Below, piece by piece: positions 28,398-43,094 of a stretch of DNA of 64,000 nucleotides (position 1 is its first letter; each line of letters begins with the position of its first letter). The notes below the pieces were generated by a model, which was given only the letters and a program-made list of their open reading frames with translations, made no database searches and had not been told where the DNA came from. The DNA lies in the NCBI RefSeq assembly GCF_009914755.1, contig NC_060931.1. One strand, written 5' to 3'. Position numbers and translations under genes: made by a program. Source of the stretch: the human T2T-CHM13v2.0 reference genome, Homo sapiens.

Positions 28398-29878
28398 CTA
28401 TGATATATCCTAATATAGCCGGAGACCATGGGAACTGAAGTTTCATCATCAGCTGAGTTAGTGTGTGAATGGGTAGCAAGAGCTCTAGCATCACCAACAG
28501 CAGATGACCAGGTCATCTATGCTAAGTAAGAAGGTCTCCTCTTCCATGGCCTTCTCTTCATCAAGAAAAGACTCTAGCCAACCAAACTGTGCTTAGGTTC
28601 AGACAACAAAGCTCCTACAGCCCCAAGGAAAAAAGAAAATGGAAACTTCATAGCATCCTGCTATAAAGTTTCTGATCATTTCTTCTTGGATTTCTTTCAC
28701 GGATTCAGCTTCCCCTCCCCTTTATAGTTACTTATTTTTCTTTGGTGTCAGTCTTGGATGGCACACTCAGCATGTGGGTCCTCTTTAGATGTGCACTCAT
28801 TTTTAAGAAATCATATTTCAGAAACCAGTGGAAGCTTTATCATTATCCAGGCAGCTCATTCCCATACACTGAATTACATTTTAAGCAAATTGAAGGAAAT
28901 TTCTTCTCTCAGACACATAATTCTCAAGTTTGGCCTTTGACAAAGTAAGATTATAATGTGATTTCTCCAATAAAAGGGAAACATTGTTTTCATTTTTGGC
29001 AATAGCGGAAAAAATGATATTGAATGTTACAATTGAATGTATAATTTTTCTTCCCAATGGATGTATTCTACAAATGAGCTAAATATTTTAAATGTCTCAT
29101 AAGATTGATAAATGATGGCTAAGTTTATTTTGTGAATAATTTTATCGTCTACCTTATGTTTTAGGAAAAAAATAAACATCTCTCTGGCATAACACTGTGG
29201 TATAAACACTATTTGTTTTTCAGAAACTAGATGAAATTTCATGTTTCTGCTTTTCTCATTATTCTTTCATAAAGTTTATATATTTTGAGGATAACTATAT
29301 TTTGAAGAAAGGTTAAAAATTATTCATCCACTTACCTAAGAAATTACCTACTGGTGAGGATGAGTGCAAATATCTTTAAAAGTAAATAAAGTTGGCAATG
29401 TACTAAGCCATCCTGCAGTTTCAGATTCAGTTGTTCTTCTAAAGAGAATGTGATTCTGGCTATGCTGAGAGAGCCTGCAGCAAGTACTTGAAATCCAACT
29501 TTGACAGGTTAGCTCTGACATCTCTGGGCTTTGTGGCTCTCCACTATATAATACCACACCTTGTTAAAATGTCAATATAATTTACAATGAACTTACAGAG
29601 ACAACCAGTAGTAGCCTCAAGGCACATATAATTAAGCATTGCTGCAATAGAAAAAAATTATTTCTCTAAAGCCAAATATCTGCAACAAAACTATCACGCC
29701 CATTGGGCAGATGCCTAAGCAAGCTATGTCATGGTTCACCCAAAGCCATATCCTTGTGCTGTAGAAAGTGATGGTCTGGGTTTTATCTCCTATTGGATTA
29801 ATCATTTGGCCATTTTCCTTTCCTAGACAGAAGCTTTTTATTTATTCCAAGATAGCGCCTATTTTGTAAAAAGGAAAA

Positions 29879-29932
29879 TAACCCACGTTAAACATGTAAT
29901 AGTCTAACCCATGTTAAACATGTAATAGTCTA
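29879..29932. repeat. 26-bp tandem duplication (2 copies)
   Basis: taacccaYgttaaacatgtaatagtc x2, one mismatch. Confidence 0.95.
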
Positions 29933-32900
29933 TTTCTCTACTTACCTCAATATTTCTAACTATAAAGTAGGCGCAGGGTACTCACTTTAAAATCATGGGA
30001 TACATGGGAGGAAGAGGGAAGGACTCATGCTGGAAACAGCAGAAGGAAAAGAATTCCCTATTGGTTTTTAATATGTGCCTGTCCCAGGTGCTTAATGAAA
30101 CCTTGTAAATCTTCATCTTCCAAACGACTGGATTCAGTTTTTGGCAAAATAATACATTTTGGGCATCTTAACAGGGACTGCAGGGACATAGGGAGATGAG
30201 AAATATATCTCTGGATTTACTCCGCTAAACTTAAAAGTTTTGTTTCTTTTGGAGAAAATCAACCCTCTTGATCATTTTACCTAGACCAGAGTTTCCCTAG
30301 GTAAGGTAAAAGTTTCCCTACTTGGCAGTTGAAAAGTACAATTACCACTTACACTATTTTTAAGCTACACAGATGTTAAAATTATCTCTACTCAAAAACT
30401 TTGGTGAATTGTTTTCAGATCTTTGAAGCAAAGCTATTGTGTGATTAATGACCTCATTTCTGACCAGTTTTGAATGGTGGAGTCCATGGTCTGTCAGGAT
30501 GAGAGAAACCAAGATGCTGGTGACACTTCTTTCTCTAGTGCCAGTCTCCATCCTTTAGCTGAGAAAAAGATGATTGCACGGGCATTCAGGGGGTTAGCTA
30601 AGATGTTTTGCTGACACAAAAATGGTGTCTGCTTTTGCAAAGGCCTGGGTTACAAGTTATATTGTTTTTCTTTAAAAAATTAGCCCTGGAGCCTGCGGCT
30701 AACACATGCCCCTTTTCACTTGAGTTGGCAGGGAATTTTTAAAAGTTTTCTGGTGTGGCCAAGATCTGAGAATTACTTATTTATATTTACCATTTGTATA
30801 TAATTATATTTAGTGTAGATTTGGCTACAGGATTCCTGTGTACCCATTAGAAAATGGCACTATTCTGACCAACTCTAGATATTTTACCATGAGTATGTTT
30901 TATTCCATCAAGTCATTTATGTCTTCAAATTGTAATTTTCCTCTCTTAAAAGAAAGATGTTTTAATTTTATCTTCAAAATCAAAACTTTGTCTGCTCCCT
31001 GAATTTTGTTCTTTACAAGTTGGATAGCATCAAAAACCAGCAGTTTTTCTACTTTTTTTCTTCCACTTAAATGATTTACATGTTACAGAAAATATAGGAT
31101 GGAGGTTTGTCTTCTGCCCTACTCTCCCAACTCCCTGTGATAAAGGCACCGACACAAACAGAAATAAAACCTACTTGAACATTAAGAGTCTTAGTTTAAT
31201 AGACTTCTCTGGGAATCATAAGAGAATTTCCTTCTAAAATAATGCTGTTTATTTAACAGTGGGACTAATGGTAAACTGAAATTCATTACATATTCATGAA
31301 ACTGACTTATAGCAAAAGCAAATCTTAAAGGGAAAATCTTGGAACTGAGACTCCCAATATTATAGCTGGCATATAATTTTTTAAACAACTGATTAAGTTC
31401 AAAAATTTTATTTTGACCTCTGAATTTGTTATACACTCACTTTGCCTACTCTTAGAAAGTGAAAATTTCCAGATTGTTGAAGATTCTCTACTATAATAAT
31501 CTAATATCCATAATCTACGGATGTGACAGAAGGATGGAAAAATTGCTATGAATGTGATTCCCTCTGGAGGCAAAAGGCGGAAATGTCTTTAGGAAACAAA
31601 TCATAAATTTCCTTAGCTGGAGAAAGCGTGAAATATAAAATCTAAACATGAAAAATTTCCACATAGTTGATGTAAAGTTAACTTGATGGGGAAGAGACAG
31701 CTGCAAACTAGAAACCAGGGAGGGGGAAAAAAAAGCTAATCTGAGACAGGATAATAAATGAGGAAACTGACAGTTTCATCAAAGGTCAAAGGAAATAGGT
31801 AGAAGTGTCAAAGTGTGGTCTGGGATGCTCACATCTAATAGAGGGCCTGGCTGCTCTTGTCATTCCCCTGGGGCTGTAGTGATTGAATGGAGGCTGCTTC
31901 CAGTGGCAAGCTAATTCCTCACCAGGGCAAGTAGAAGGATGGTGCAGAAAGACAGAGACTGTCAGGGACTGTTTCAGTATTAGGGAGCTACTGCCATGTA
32001 ATTGTTTACATTCCAGATCCAGCCTCCAGACTAAAAGTTGACCAAATTATTTATGGAAACATATCAGCGTTCAGTTTCCTAAAGGACCTAACATGTTGGT
32101 TTTGCTAAACAACTTATGACCAAAATAATAGAGGGGAGGAAAGGAGAGCAGTCCAAAGCACAGTGCCTCATGAGCTTCATTCAGTAAACAGAGCAATTAA
32201 CCCCAAATTAAGACTCTATTTTTTGCAAATAAATTTTTATTTTGTTCTTATTAAGCCTCTGTTCATATTTCCACCTTTAAAAAAAAAAAAAAAAAAACTA
32301 CAGGGTGAGCTGGCAGGAATGATGGGCAGGGGATCCAGAACAAGGAGGAGTCACCAATAGATAGGACCTTCTATCTCTCTCCCCATATCTCTCAAAGATT
32401 TACTGTGATCCAATTACTATGTGTCACCAGCAGTCTGTCATTTGATTCTTACAACATACTAGGAAGTAAAACTGGGACTCAGAGAGCTTAAGAAACTTGG
32501 AACTTGCTGAAGGTTACACCGCTGTTCAGTCATGGAGTGTGCGAGGGAACTTGAATGGTGGAAACACCAACTTTCCAGAGGTCTCCTTCCCAGGAAGTTG
32601 ACAGCAGGGGCTCGTGGCCTCTCTGCTGGGACATAGGCAGGGGTCACTGCAGGTGTATCCACATCACTGTCACATGTAACTTGTCTGTTATCAGTAGAAA
32701 GGCAATCTTTCCAGCCCTCTTCTAGACCGAAAGGTAAGTAGGGCTGTCCCTTTTTTGCTGTCATCTCACATCCTAGAAAGTGTTATCTAATCACCAGTGC
32801 CTACTCTTTGTAGTGATGAAAAAGACACAAGTATAGAAAGTCATTTTATAGGTTATGCTTATTTCCTGTAAAAGGGTTTAATTGCATTCTCCTTTTGCCT

Positions 32901-33500
32901 CGCAGATGCTAAATAAGGGGTCTTTAACTCTTAGAATAAGTTTGTGATCCTTAGAACACATCCTTTTCTTGTTGCCTCTTAGTTACAGATTATAAGCAGA
33001 AATAAGTGAGCACCTTTTTTTTTATAGCTGGAGAGAAGGAAGCAGCGAAATGAAACAAGGACAAACATGTATTCTTTTCAGAAACCCCAGATATTTCCAA
33101 CTTTCAAGTATGTTCAGGTCATGTGTATTCAGTTTGATACCACAATTGCTAACTATGAAAAGGAATTTTGAAGCTAATATTTTACAAATAAAGGAGAAGG
33201 CAAATGATTTTTTTCCCACAAGTTAAAAATTACACAGTATGCTAAGGCTGTATTATAGAATTATATTGAACATGGGAGGCAGAAGCAAATTGATAGATAC
33301 ATTTATAGATGAAAGGGGGTAGAAATAATTTGAGTTTAACTAGATAAAGTAAACTATCTTATCCTCAAATGACTAAGTGTTTAGTCATTTTGCATATTAA
33401 TGTAGTGATGGATTTTAAGATATGAAACTATAAGATGTTATGAAAATTTTAAAATAAAATTAAAGAGCTTTCATATAAATACATCCTAATATAGATTAGC

Positions 33501-33800
33501 TTTTTTTTTTTTTTTTTTTTTGAGACAGAGTCTCACTCTGTCGCCCAGGCTGGAGTGCAGTGGCACAATCTCGGCTCACTGCAAGCTCCGTCTCCTGGGT
33601 TCACGCCATTCTCCTGCCTCAGCCTCCTAAGTAGCTGGGACTACAGGTGCCCGCCACCACACCTGGCTAATTTTTTGTATTTTTAGTAGAGATGGGGTTT
33701 CACCGTGTTAGCCAGAATGGTCTTGATCTCCTGACCTTGTGATCTGCCCGCCTCGGCCTCCCAAGGGAGGGATTACAGGTGTGAGCCACTGCGCCTGGCC
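33501..33800 (-). mobile_element. AluY
   Basis: AluY sites; TSD tagattagctttt. Confidence 0.93.
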
Positions 33801-34198
33801 TAGATTAGCTTTTAAAAAATTATTTATTTTCATCTAAAGTTATATGTGCTTTCAAAATAATCTTGAGTAACTTCAAAGTATTTTAATTGAATAAATGCCT
33901 ATTCAAGCATACTTGGTGGAATTAAAACAGTAAAAACATTCACGCCGTTGGCCAAGATTATTTACTTCTTAATGCTGATTTTTGACAACTGACTTTGTAA
34001 AACATACTTTATTTCCTATGCCAAGAGAGAGGAACCATAAAAGGAACTAAATTTTGCATAAAACTGTTTATTATTATTTTAAAAAGTTAGGGAAAGGAAG
34101 AAAAACTAATAGATTAACATGGACATCTAATCTGCCTTGTGAAAAGAGAAATTTTCCTAAATTTGCTCCATCTTTCCAAGTGAAGTTATACTTTTACA

Positions 34199-34506
34199 TT
34201 TTTTTTTTTTTTTTTTTTTTTTTTGAGATGGAGTCTTGCTCTTTCGGCCAGTCCGGACTGCAGTGGTGCTACCTCGGGCTCACTGCAAGCTCCGCCTTCC
34301 GGGTTCACACCATTCTCCTGCCTCAGCCTCCTGAGTAGCTGGGATTACAGGCACCTGCCACCGCACCAGGCTAATTTTTTGTATTTTTAGTAGAGATGGG
34401 GTTTCACCGTGTTAGCCAAGATGGTCTCGATCTCCTGACCTCGTGATCTGCCCACCTCGGCCTCCCAAAGTGCTGGGATTACAGGCGTGAGCCACCACGC
34501 CCGGCC
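34199..34506 (-). mobile_element. AluY lineage, Yh3/Yb3a-like variant
   Basis: ctctttcg..ccggactgcag and gttagccaagatgg, shared with the Alu at 1855. Confidence 0.9.
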
Positions 34507-34603
34507 TACATATTAATATTCTTAAGTGCAAAGTTTTAAGTAAGTTGGAAATGAACATGGTATGAGTTGATGGCAATGTTTTAAATAGAAATCCTCAACC
34601 TAG

Positions 34604-34901
34604 GGCCGGGTGCAGTGGCTCACCCCTGTAATCCCAGCACTTTGGGAGGCCCAGGCGGGTGCATCACCTGAGGTTAGGAGTTCAAGACCAGCCAGGCCAA
34701 CATGGTGAAACTCCATCTCTACTAAAAATGAAAAAAAAAAAAAATCTGCCAGGTGTGGTGGTGCGCACTTGTATTCCCAGCTACTTGGGAGGCTGAGAAT
34801 TGCTTGAACCCAGGAGAGGGAGGTTGCAGTGATCCAAGATTGCTCCACTGCACTCCACCCTGGGCGACAGAGTAAGATCCCATCTCAAAACAAAACACAA
34901 A
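34604..34901 (+). mobile_element. AluSx-type
   Basis: Dimer; TSD agaaatSctcaaccYag. Confidence 0.9.
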
Positions 34902-34997
34902 AGAAATGCTCAACCCAGAACTTCTAACTTGTCCAATATATACCAGCCAAAAAGCAAAGCTAAGCTGTGTTATGTGCAGAAACGTATATTTACGTGA

Positions 34998-35321
<324 letters not shown>

Positions 35322-35734
35322 AATGTGATTCTTAATGAGCCAAGGAGGTGTGGTATATGGCATAAGGACTTCCTGCCAGTCCTTTTCTGTGCCCTCCAGT
35401 TTATTTATGGACTTGTACCCAAAAGAACGCCCATGCTTACTTGCAAATGAACTTTGTCTATATGAATAACAGAAGGAACACCTTCCAAGGCGACATTTCA
35501 TATGTCTCAGTGGGAGGACAGTGGCATTTCTTTTGGGTACCACTGGGACATAGCAACTGGTTCCCTTCAGTTTATCTAGTGAGAGAACCAGGATGCGCTA
35601 TGGAGTTTATTCCAAAAAAGAGGAATTTCTTCTTCCTCAGTAAGCCACAAAGGACCCCAAAGGTATCTCTTCCCAATTTTGACAATTTCCTCACTAATCC
35701 AGGCTCAGATTAAAGAATTTAGCAAGATGTAGAA

Positions 35735-35945
35735 CAGTGATTCTCAATAAAGAATAATTTTGTTCCACAAAGGCCATTTGACAATATGGAGACCATGTTG
35801 TCACAGCTGAGGAAGGGGTGCTACTGGTGTCTAGTGGATAGAGGCAAGAGATGCTGCCAACCCTCTTACAATGCACAGGGCAGTGCCCCACAACAAAGAA
35901 TTATCAGACCCACAATATCAATAGTGTGGAGGCTGAGAAACCTTG
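35735..35945 (+). mobile_element. MER20 hAT-Charlie MITE
   Basis: cagtgattctcaa..gtgctactgg..acaatgcacagg..ccccacaacaaagaattatc..gagaaaccttg; flanks atgtagaa/atgcagac. Confidence 0.88.
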
Positions 35946-37129
35946 ATGCAGACCAAATGGAGGAAGAAATAAAAAGGCAACAGAATACCATATTACCTCA
36001 AATAACTCAGGGACCATCAATTTAAAGTAAATTCCAATAGTCCACAGATACACCGTGGGCACCTCCCAGGCATATTGGGGGACCCCCGGAAGGTTGCTGT
36101 GATAATTCCTTTTAATGGCCTTATATTTCTTAGGAAAACGTCCCAGCTAGGATGCAGTTTTAAAAACTCATTAGTATCATCATTGTAAATGTCTTCAGTA
36201 CCACACCACAGAGGAATCATGGTGTGAGCGTGTTTTAAAAAGCAGTCGCTGCTTTGTTTTATGAGAAACCACAACAACAAAATAATGTTTCATTTTTCTA
36301 CCACATTTTTACAACAATTTTCTCTACTCTGAGGCTGAATATCTTCTCTAAAATATTCAAAGCACAGAGTGTGATTTATAACTATAAAATATCTCTGCTG
36401 ACTTTAAAGTTCAGCTTTTGTAGTTGCTTTGTTTTAAATTTTTTTTTATTTTTGCATTTCACACCAAATTAGACTTGAGTTGCCCACTGATTATCTTTTA
36501 GCTAACATAGCCTTGGTTTCATCATGCAAATAGAAAAAAATAAAGTATTAATGATTTTTTATACCCATATGGACATATGTCCAAATGATTTTTTGAGCTT
36601 TAATTTCTAAATGGTAAACATAGCATATAAACACATTTATTATTAAAAAGTCAAAAGCACACATACCTATGAGGCAGAGTATGGGTTTATACTTTTTCAT
36701 TTTTAATTTTTAAAATAATTTTTGCATGGGAAACACACATGGTTCAAAATTAAGGGCTTACAGATAAAATGAAGTCTCTTCTCCATTCCCAGCAATTCAG
36801 TACCCCCCTCTGGAGGCAAATCCTCTCACCAGTTTGTGTATTTGTGGTATTTATTCTTCCCATTATACTCCATGCAGTTACTGACATACACATGTTAATA
36901 ATGCTAAACTACCATTGTTTATGTCCAAAATGCCAAGGACTTTATATATATTATTTCATTTATTCCTCACATCAGATTTGGGGATTAGAAAATATCCGAG
37001 TTAAATATTTAAGAAAGATACAAATTATTTAAGAATTATATGCAATTATAAAACATGAAATATATGAAATTTTATAGGCCAAAAGTAGTCAAATATTAGC
37101 AAGTCATATGGTGAGACCTTATATTAGGT

Positions 37130-38930
37130 TAGTGGGAGATTTTCACTTTCTGCAGCAAGATAGAATATATAGCTTGAGAACTTTTCTGCTATAAAACACC
37201 TCGAACTGCATAGCTGAGTTTGCAAGAAAGAAAGGGAAATTCCTGGGAGGCAAGCACAAATTGGGAAATGAAATTTGCCAGAAATCCTTGAAGAACGTTA
37301 AAATTGAATGTCCTTAACAGATCAAGAAATAAGGCCCTGGGCTCAAAGGGCCTGGACAAGAAGTAGAATGGAAACCTTCATAAAAAATAGGGGCCTTTGG
37401 ATAACTATACCCTCAGTAAAGGGGAAGTCTAGAGTAAAAATCTGCCCTTCAGCACTGATAGGCAACAAAGAAATTTGTCCTTCTTGGCCTCAGCTCCATG
37501 GGTAGGGAGCAAAATGGGTTTCCTGAGAGTTCTTTACCCCAGGGGTAGTTTTTCCTAGAGTTTGAGATTCATACGTATGCTTCCCACATAGAAAAGGAAA
37601 TTACAGCTACAAAAGTTGCATAAAAGGCCAGTCAGAATGGCTATTATTTATTTAAAAGTCAAAAAATAACAGATGCTGGTGAGGATACAGAGAAAAAGGA
37701 CTGCTTATACACTATTGGTGGGAATGCAAATTAGCTCAGCCCCTGTGGTAAGCAGTTTGGAGATTTCTCAAAGAACTAGAAATAGAACTACCGTTCAACC
37801 CAGAAATCCCATTACTAGGTGTATAACCAAAGGAATATGAATGATTCTACCAAAAAGACACATGCACTCCTATGTTCATTGCAGCACTATTCACGATAGC
37901 AGACATGGAATCAACCTAGGTGCCCAGCAATGGTGGATTGGATAAAGAAAATGTGGTACATATACACCATGGAATGCTATACAGCCATGAAAAAAGAATG
38001 AGATCATGTCCTTGGCTACAGTGTGGATGCAGCTGGAGGCTGTTATCCTAAGTAAACTAACAGAAACAGAAAACCAAATATTGCATGTTCTTACTTATAA
38101 ATGGGAGCTAAATCTTGGGTTCACACAGACGTAAAGACAAGAACAGTAGACACTGGGGACTGCAAAAGGAGGGAGGGAGAGGGGCAAGGACTGAAAAACT
38201 ATCTGTTGGGTACTATGTTCACTATCTGGGTGACAGGATCAATAGAAGCCCAAACCTGAGCACCATGCAATACACCCTTGTAACAAACCTGCACATGTGT
38301 ACCCTGAATCTCAAATGAAAATCAAAAAATTCAAAAAAACAGTTGTGTAAAAGGGGCTTGGGGCTAAGAAAATACTTGATTCATCTGTCAGAAGCAAACA
38401 CAAAATCACCTTTGAGAGAAACCTCTTCAACCCAGTCCAGAAAAGATTCCCTAGGATAAAACTTGACTTATCATGAAATGAATAAAAACATAAGAAAAGT
38501 AACAAAGACACTATGAAAAAAACTAAGATTTAAAACAACAAACAGAACTTACTTAAAATAAATGATCATTGCAATAAAAAGTCTCAATGGGAATGTCAAA
38601 CAGCATGTTATACACGACTGAACAGAAAATGATTGAAATGAAAGATGGAATTGAGGAAAGATAAAGATAGGGAAAATATAAAAGAGAAAGTAAGGTGCAT
38701 GGAGTATATAAAGAGAGGGTTCAATTTGCGTTGAAAATGAACTGTAGGTGAAAAGAATAGCCAATATATAAAGAAATAATGGCTGAGAATGTCCAGAACA
38801 GATAAAAGACAAAAATCTTCATGCTTAGAAAATATGAGTCCCAAGCAGGATAAAAACCTACATAACTCATAGAAAAACTGCTGAAGATTAAGGCCAAAGA
38901 TCCTTAGAATAGCTAGAAAAATTTAAAGAG
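37130..38930 (+). mobile_element. Ancient L1M 5'/ORF1 fragment split by an L1PA16-like insert
   Basis: A-rich ORF1-like remnants (aagaaataatggctgagaatgtccaga..) on both sides of the insert. Confidence 0.55.
37628..38338 (+). mobile_element. L1PA16/17-like 3' fragment
   Basis: ORF2 end and 3'UTR (aatagaagcccaaacctgagc..aacaaacctgcacatg); TSD aaMagttgYRtaaaagg. Confidence 0.85.
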
Positions 38931-39189
38931 AAAATTTGTAATTTGGTGGAGATTACAATTCCAGGAACCAGAAAAAATGGGTTTGTACTCACATCTCTCA
39001 GACTCCAAAGCTCATTTACCCTGCAGTTGCTCTATTCTGCTCCCTAGTGTACTTAATTTCTGACTTTTCATCTACTGCTGAGTTATTCTAAGCATATATG
39101 AAATGCCCTTGGAAATATTTTTTTCTGTTCTAAACCACTGCTTTTAGTTTTTATTCTCTGCTTCTTAAACTTTAAACGTGTTGTTTATT

Positions 39190-39505
39190 TATTTATTTAT
39201 TTATTATTATTATTACTTTTCTTGAGGTGGAGTCTCTGTCTTTCAGCCAGGTTGTAGTACAATGGTGCGATCTTGGCTCACTGCAACCACCGCCTCCTGG
39301 GTTCAAGTGATTCTCTTGCCTCGGCCTCCCGAGTAGCTGGGACTACAGGTGCATGCCACCACACCTGGCTAATTTTTGTATTTTTAGTAGAGATGGGGTT
39401 TTGCCATGTTGGCCAGGCTAGTCTCAAACTCCTGACCTCAGGTGATCCACCTGCCTTGGTCTCCCAAAGTGCTAGGATTACAAGAGTCAGCCACTGCACC
39501 CGGCC
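39190..39505 (-). mobile_element. AluSx-type
   Basis: Dimer with (TTTA)n/(TTA)n tail. Confidence 0.9.
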
Positions 39506-39666
39506 TAAGCATGTTATTTATTCATTTAACAAATATTTATTGAGCAACTACTGCGTGCAAGGCATTGTTCTAGGATAAAAAACAAAAACCTGTATAAAGC
39601 AAAATAAAGATTGGGAAACACCAGTTTTAATATTGGGCTGCACTGATAGAGGTCTAAACTCAAACC

Positions 39667-40632
<966 letters not shown>

Positions 40633-40648
40633 AACCCAGCCTGATAAG

Positions 40649-41410
40649 TTTTTGTTTGTTTGTTTGTTTGCTTGCTTTTGTAGACAGCCTCATTCTGTTC
40701 GCCAGGCTGGAGTGCAGTGGTGCTGAAACCAACCCAACAGTCCCATAGACAGTGTTTTTTCGGATAAACATAGAAATTGACTCTCTTCTGGGCTTAAAGC
40801 TTGAAACTTACATATGTTTTATCTGAGTTCCTTCCTCAGGAAAGGACCCTCAGGATTCTCAAAAAGTATCAAAGAACTAAAACTCACTGGGTAATGGCAT
40901 CCAGACAATGAGATACCAGGCCTCTTACTCATCATGATTGCTTCCTTACCCCTCCCAAGTTCCTGATTTTTTCACAAATAGTTACATTTCTTCCCTGTTA
41001 TATAAACCACTGATTTCAGTTGGTTAGGGAGATGGATTTGAGACTTATCTTCCATCTCCTTCACTGCAGCACCTGATTTAAAGCTTTCTTCCTTGGCAAT
41101 ACTCATTGTCTCAGTAATTGGCTTTCTGTGCAGCAAGCAGCAGGACTTAGACCGAACCCCTAATGTTTTGGTAACAGTGCCATCATGGCTTACTTGTAGC
41201 CTCAACCTCCTGGGCTCAAGCATTCCTCCTGCCTCAGCTTCCCGAGTAGCTGGGACTACTAGTAGCATGTGCCACCACATCTGGCTAATTTTTGTACTTT
41301 TGCGGAGACTATGTTGCCAAGACTGGTCTCCAACTCCTGAACTCAAGTGATCCTCCCACCTCAGCCTCCCAAAGTGCTGGAATTACAGGCATGGGCCAGT
41401 GTAACCTGCC
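40649..41410 (-). mobile_element. AluJ split by a MER66-like LTR
   Basis: ..gagtgcagtggtgc | gtgccatcatggct..tagcctcaacctcctgggctcaagc (AluJ sites). Confidence 0.85.
40724..41176 (+). mobile_element. MER66-like ERV1 solo LTR
   Basis: tgaaaccaacccaacagtcccatagac..ggtaaca; TATA box; TSD gtgc. Confidence 0.82.
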
Positions 41411-42329
41411 GAAAAATCTTATTTTTGCTGGGGAGGCGGAAGATATCAAGCTGGGTGAACACTTGACTTTTTAGTTTGGTAAGATGTGCTTTAATTACTT
41501 AGTTTATTTGGTGAAAACTGTTTCTCTTCTCTTCCTACATTTTTATCATATAACAGGAATCCCTAGTTTATTCTGCAAAGATACTGGATGTTCTATTCCC
41601 ATCTCTGTGCCTCTCAATCATTTTGCTTTGGTAGTATCAAAACAAAAACAAAAATAAACAAAAAAAGAAATAGGCTTAACCAAGATTTCAGAGGATAACC
41701 ATCTAATTTGATCTTTAGCCACATTCTACTTAGTCAAAAAACAGTGATTCTACCTACCCTTTAAAATATATTCCATGTATATATTACCTTGCATTTGTAT
41801 AAGTATATGTATCTTTAAACACTTTCATATGCATCATCTTAAAATTCATACATATGGACATGTTTGTCAGAAATAAAATTTAAAAATAATTTGATGAAAA
41901 ACATACAATTTAGACTTTTAGGGGGTAATTAAAAATATATATAATTTTGTAACACAACGAAACAGTACAAATTATTGGACAATAGGAAAAATATTAATCT
42001 ATTAGTTTCTTTATAAAAGCCAAACAAGTACCTAACATAAAGGTAAATTGTTTCAAATTGAATTTTATAAAACATTTTATTGTGTTGAAGGATGACAGAA
42101 TCTACCAACTCCAAATATGCTACTTTGGCATAAGTATTATTTTGAGAGCTAAAGGCACTTGAAAGACAGCAGCTGCAAGAGGGGTGCTCTGACCTTTCCT
42201 TCTCTTTCTGAAAGCAAGAAATAAAACTCCCATCTTAGAGATGCCCTCTCTATTCCAAGAGGAAACATTCTTATCACCACGGTGAGGCCAAAAGAATTCT
42301 GTACAAACAGACCTTGTTAAAATAACTCT

Positions 42330-42609
<280 letters not shown>

Positions 42610-42615
42610 TAGTTA

Positions 42616-43094
42616 TGAAACTGGCCCAATTGCCCCATAGAACTGATGTCTATGGTTTCTTTTGAATTAACATAGGAATGGACCCTCCAGTCTTAAAACT
42701 TGAGAAAGTTACATTTATCTTATCTGAGTTCCTCTCTCAGGAAATCAACCATCAGGCTTTCGAGATAGTATTAAGGAATTGAAACTTAACAGATAACCCA
42801 ATCTGGACAATGAGGCCTATCATTATTGCCTAACTGACCACCTGCTTCCTGTTGAACAACTTCTCTTCCTTATCCCTCCCTAATTCCTATTTTCTCACAC
42901 ATGGTTGCATTTCTTCCCTGCTATATAAATCCCTAATTTTAGTCCCTCGAGGAGATGAATTGGAGACTGATCTTGTATCTCCTTGGGTGCAACACCCGAA
43001 TAAATACTTTTTCTCTGGCAATACTCATCGTCTCAGTGATTAGGTTTCTGTGTGGTAACAGGGCCTAGACTGAACCTCTGGTGTCTCAATTACA
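42616..43094 (+). mobile_element. MER66C-like ERV1 solo LTR
   Basis: tgaaactggcccaattgccccatagaactgatg..ttaca; TSD gtta. Confidence 0.8.
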
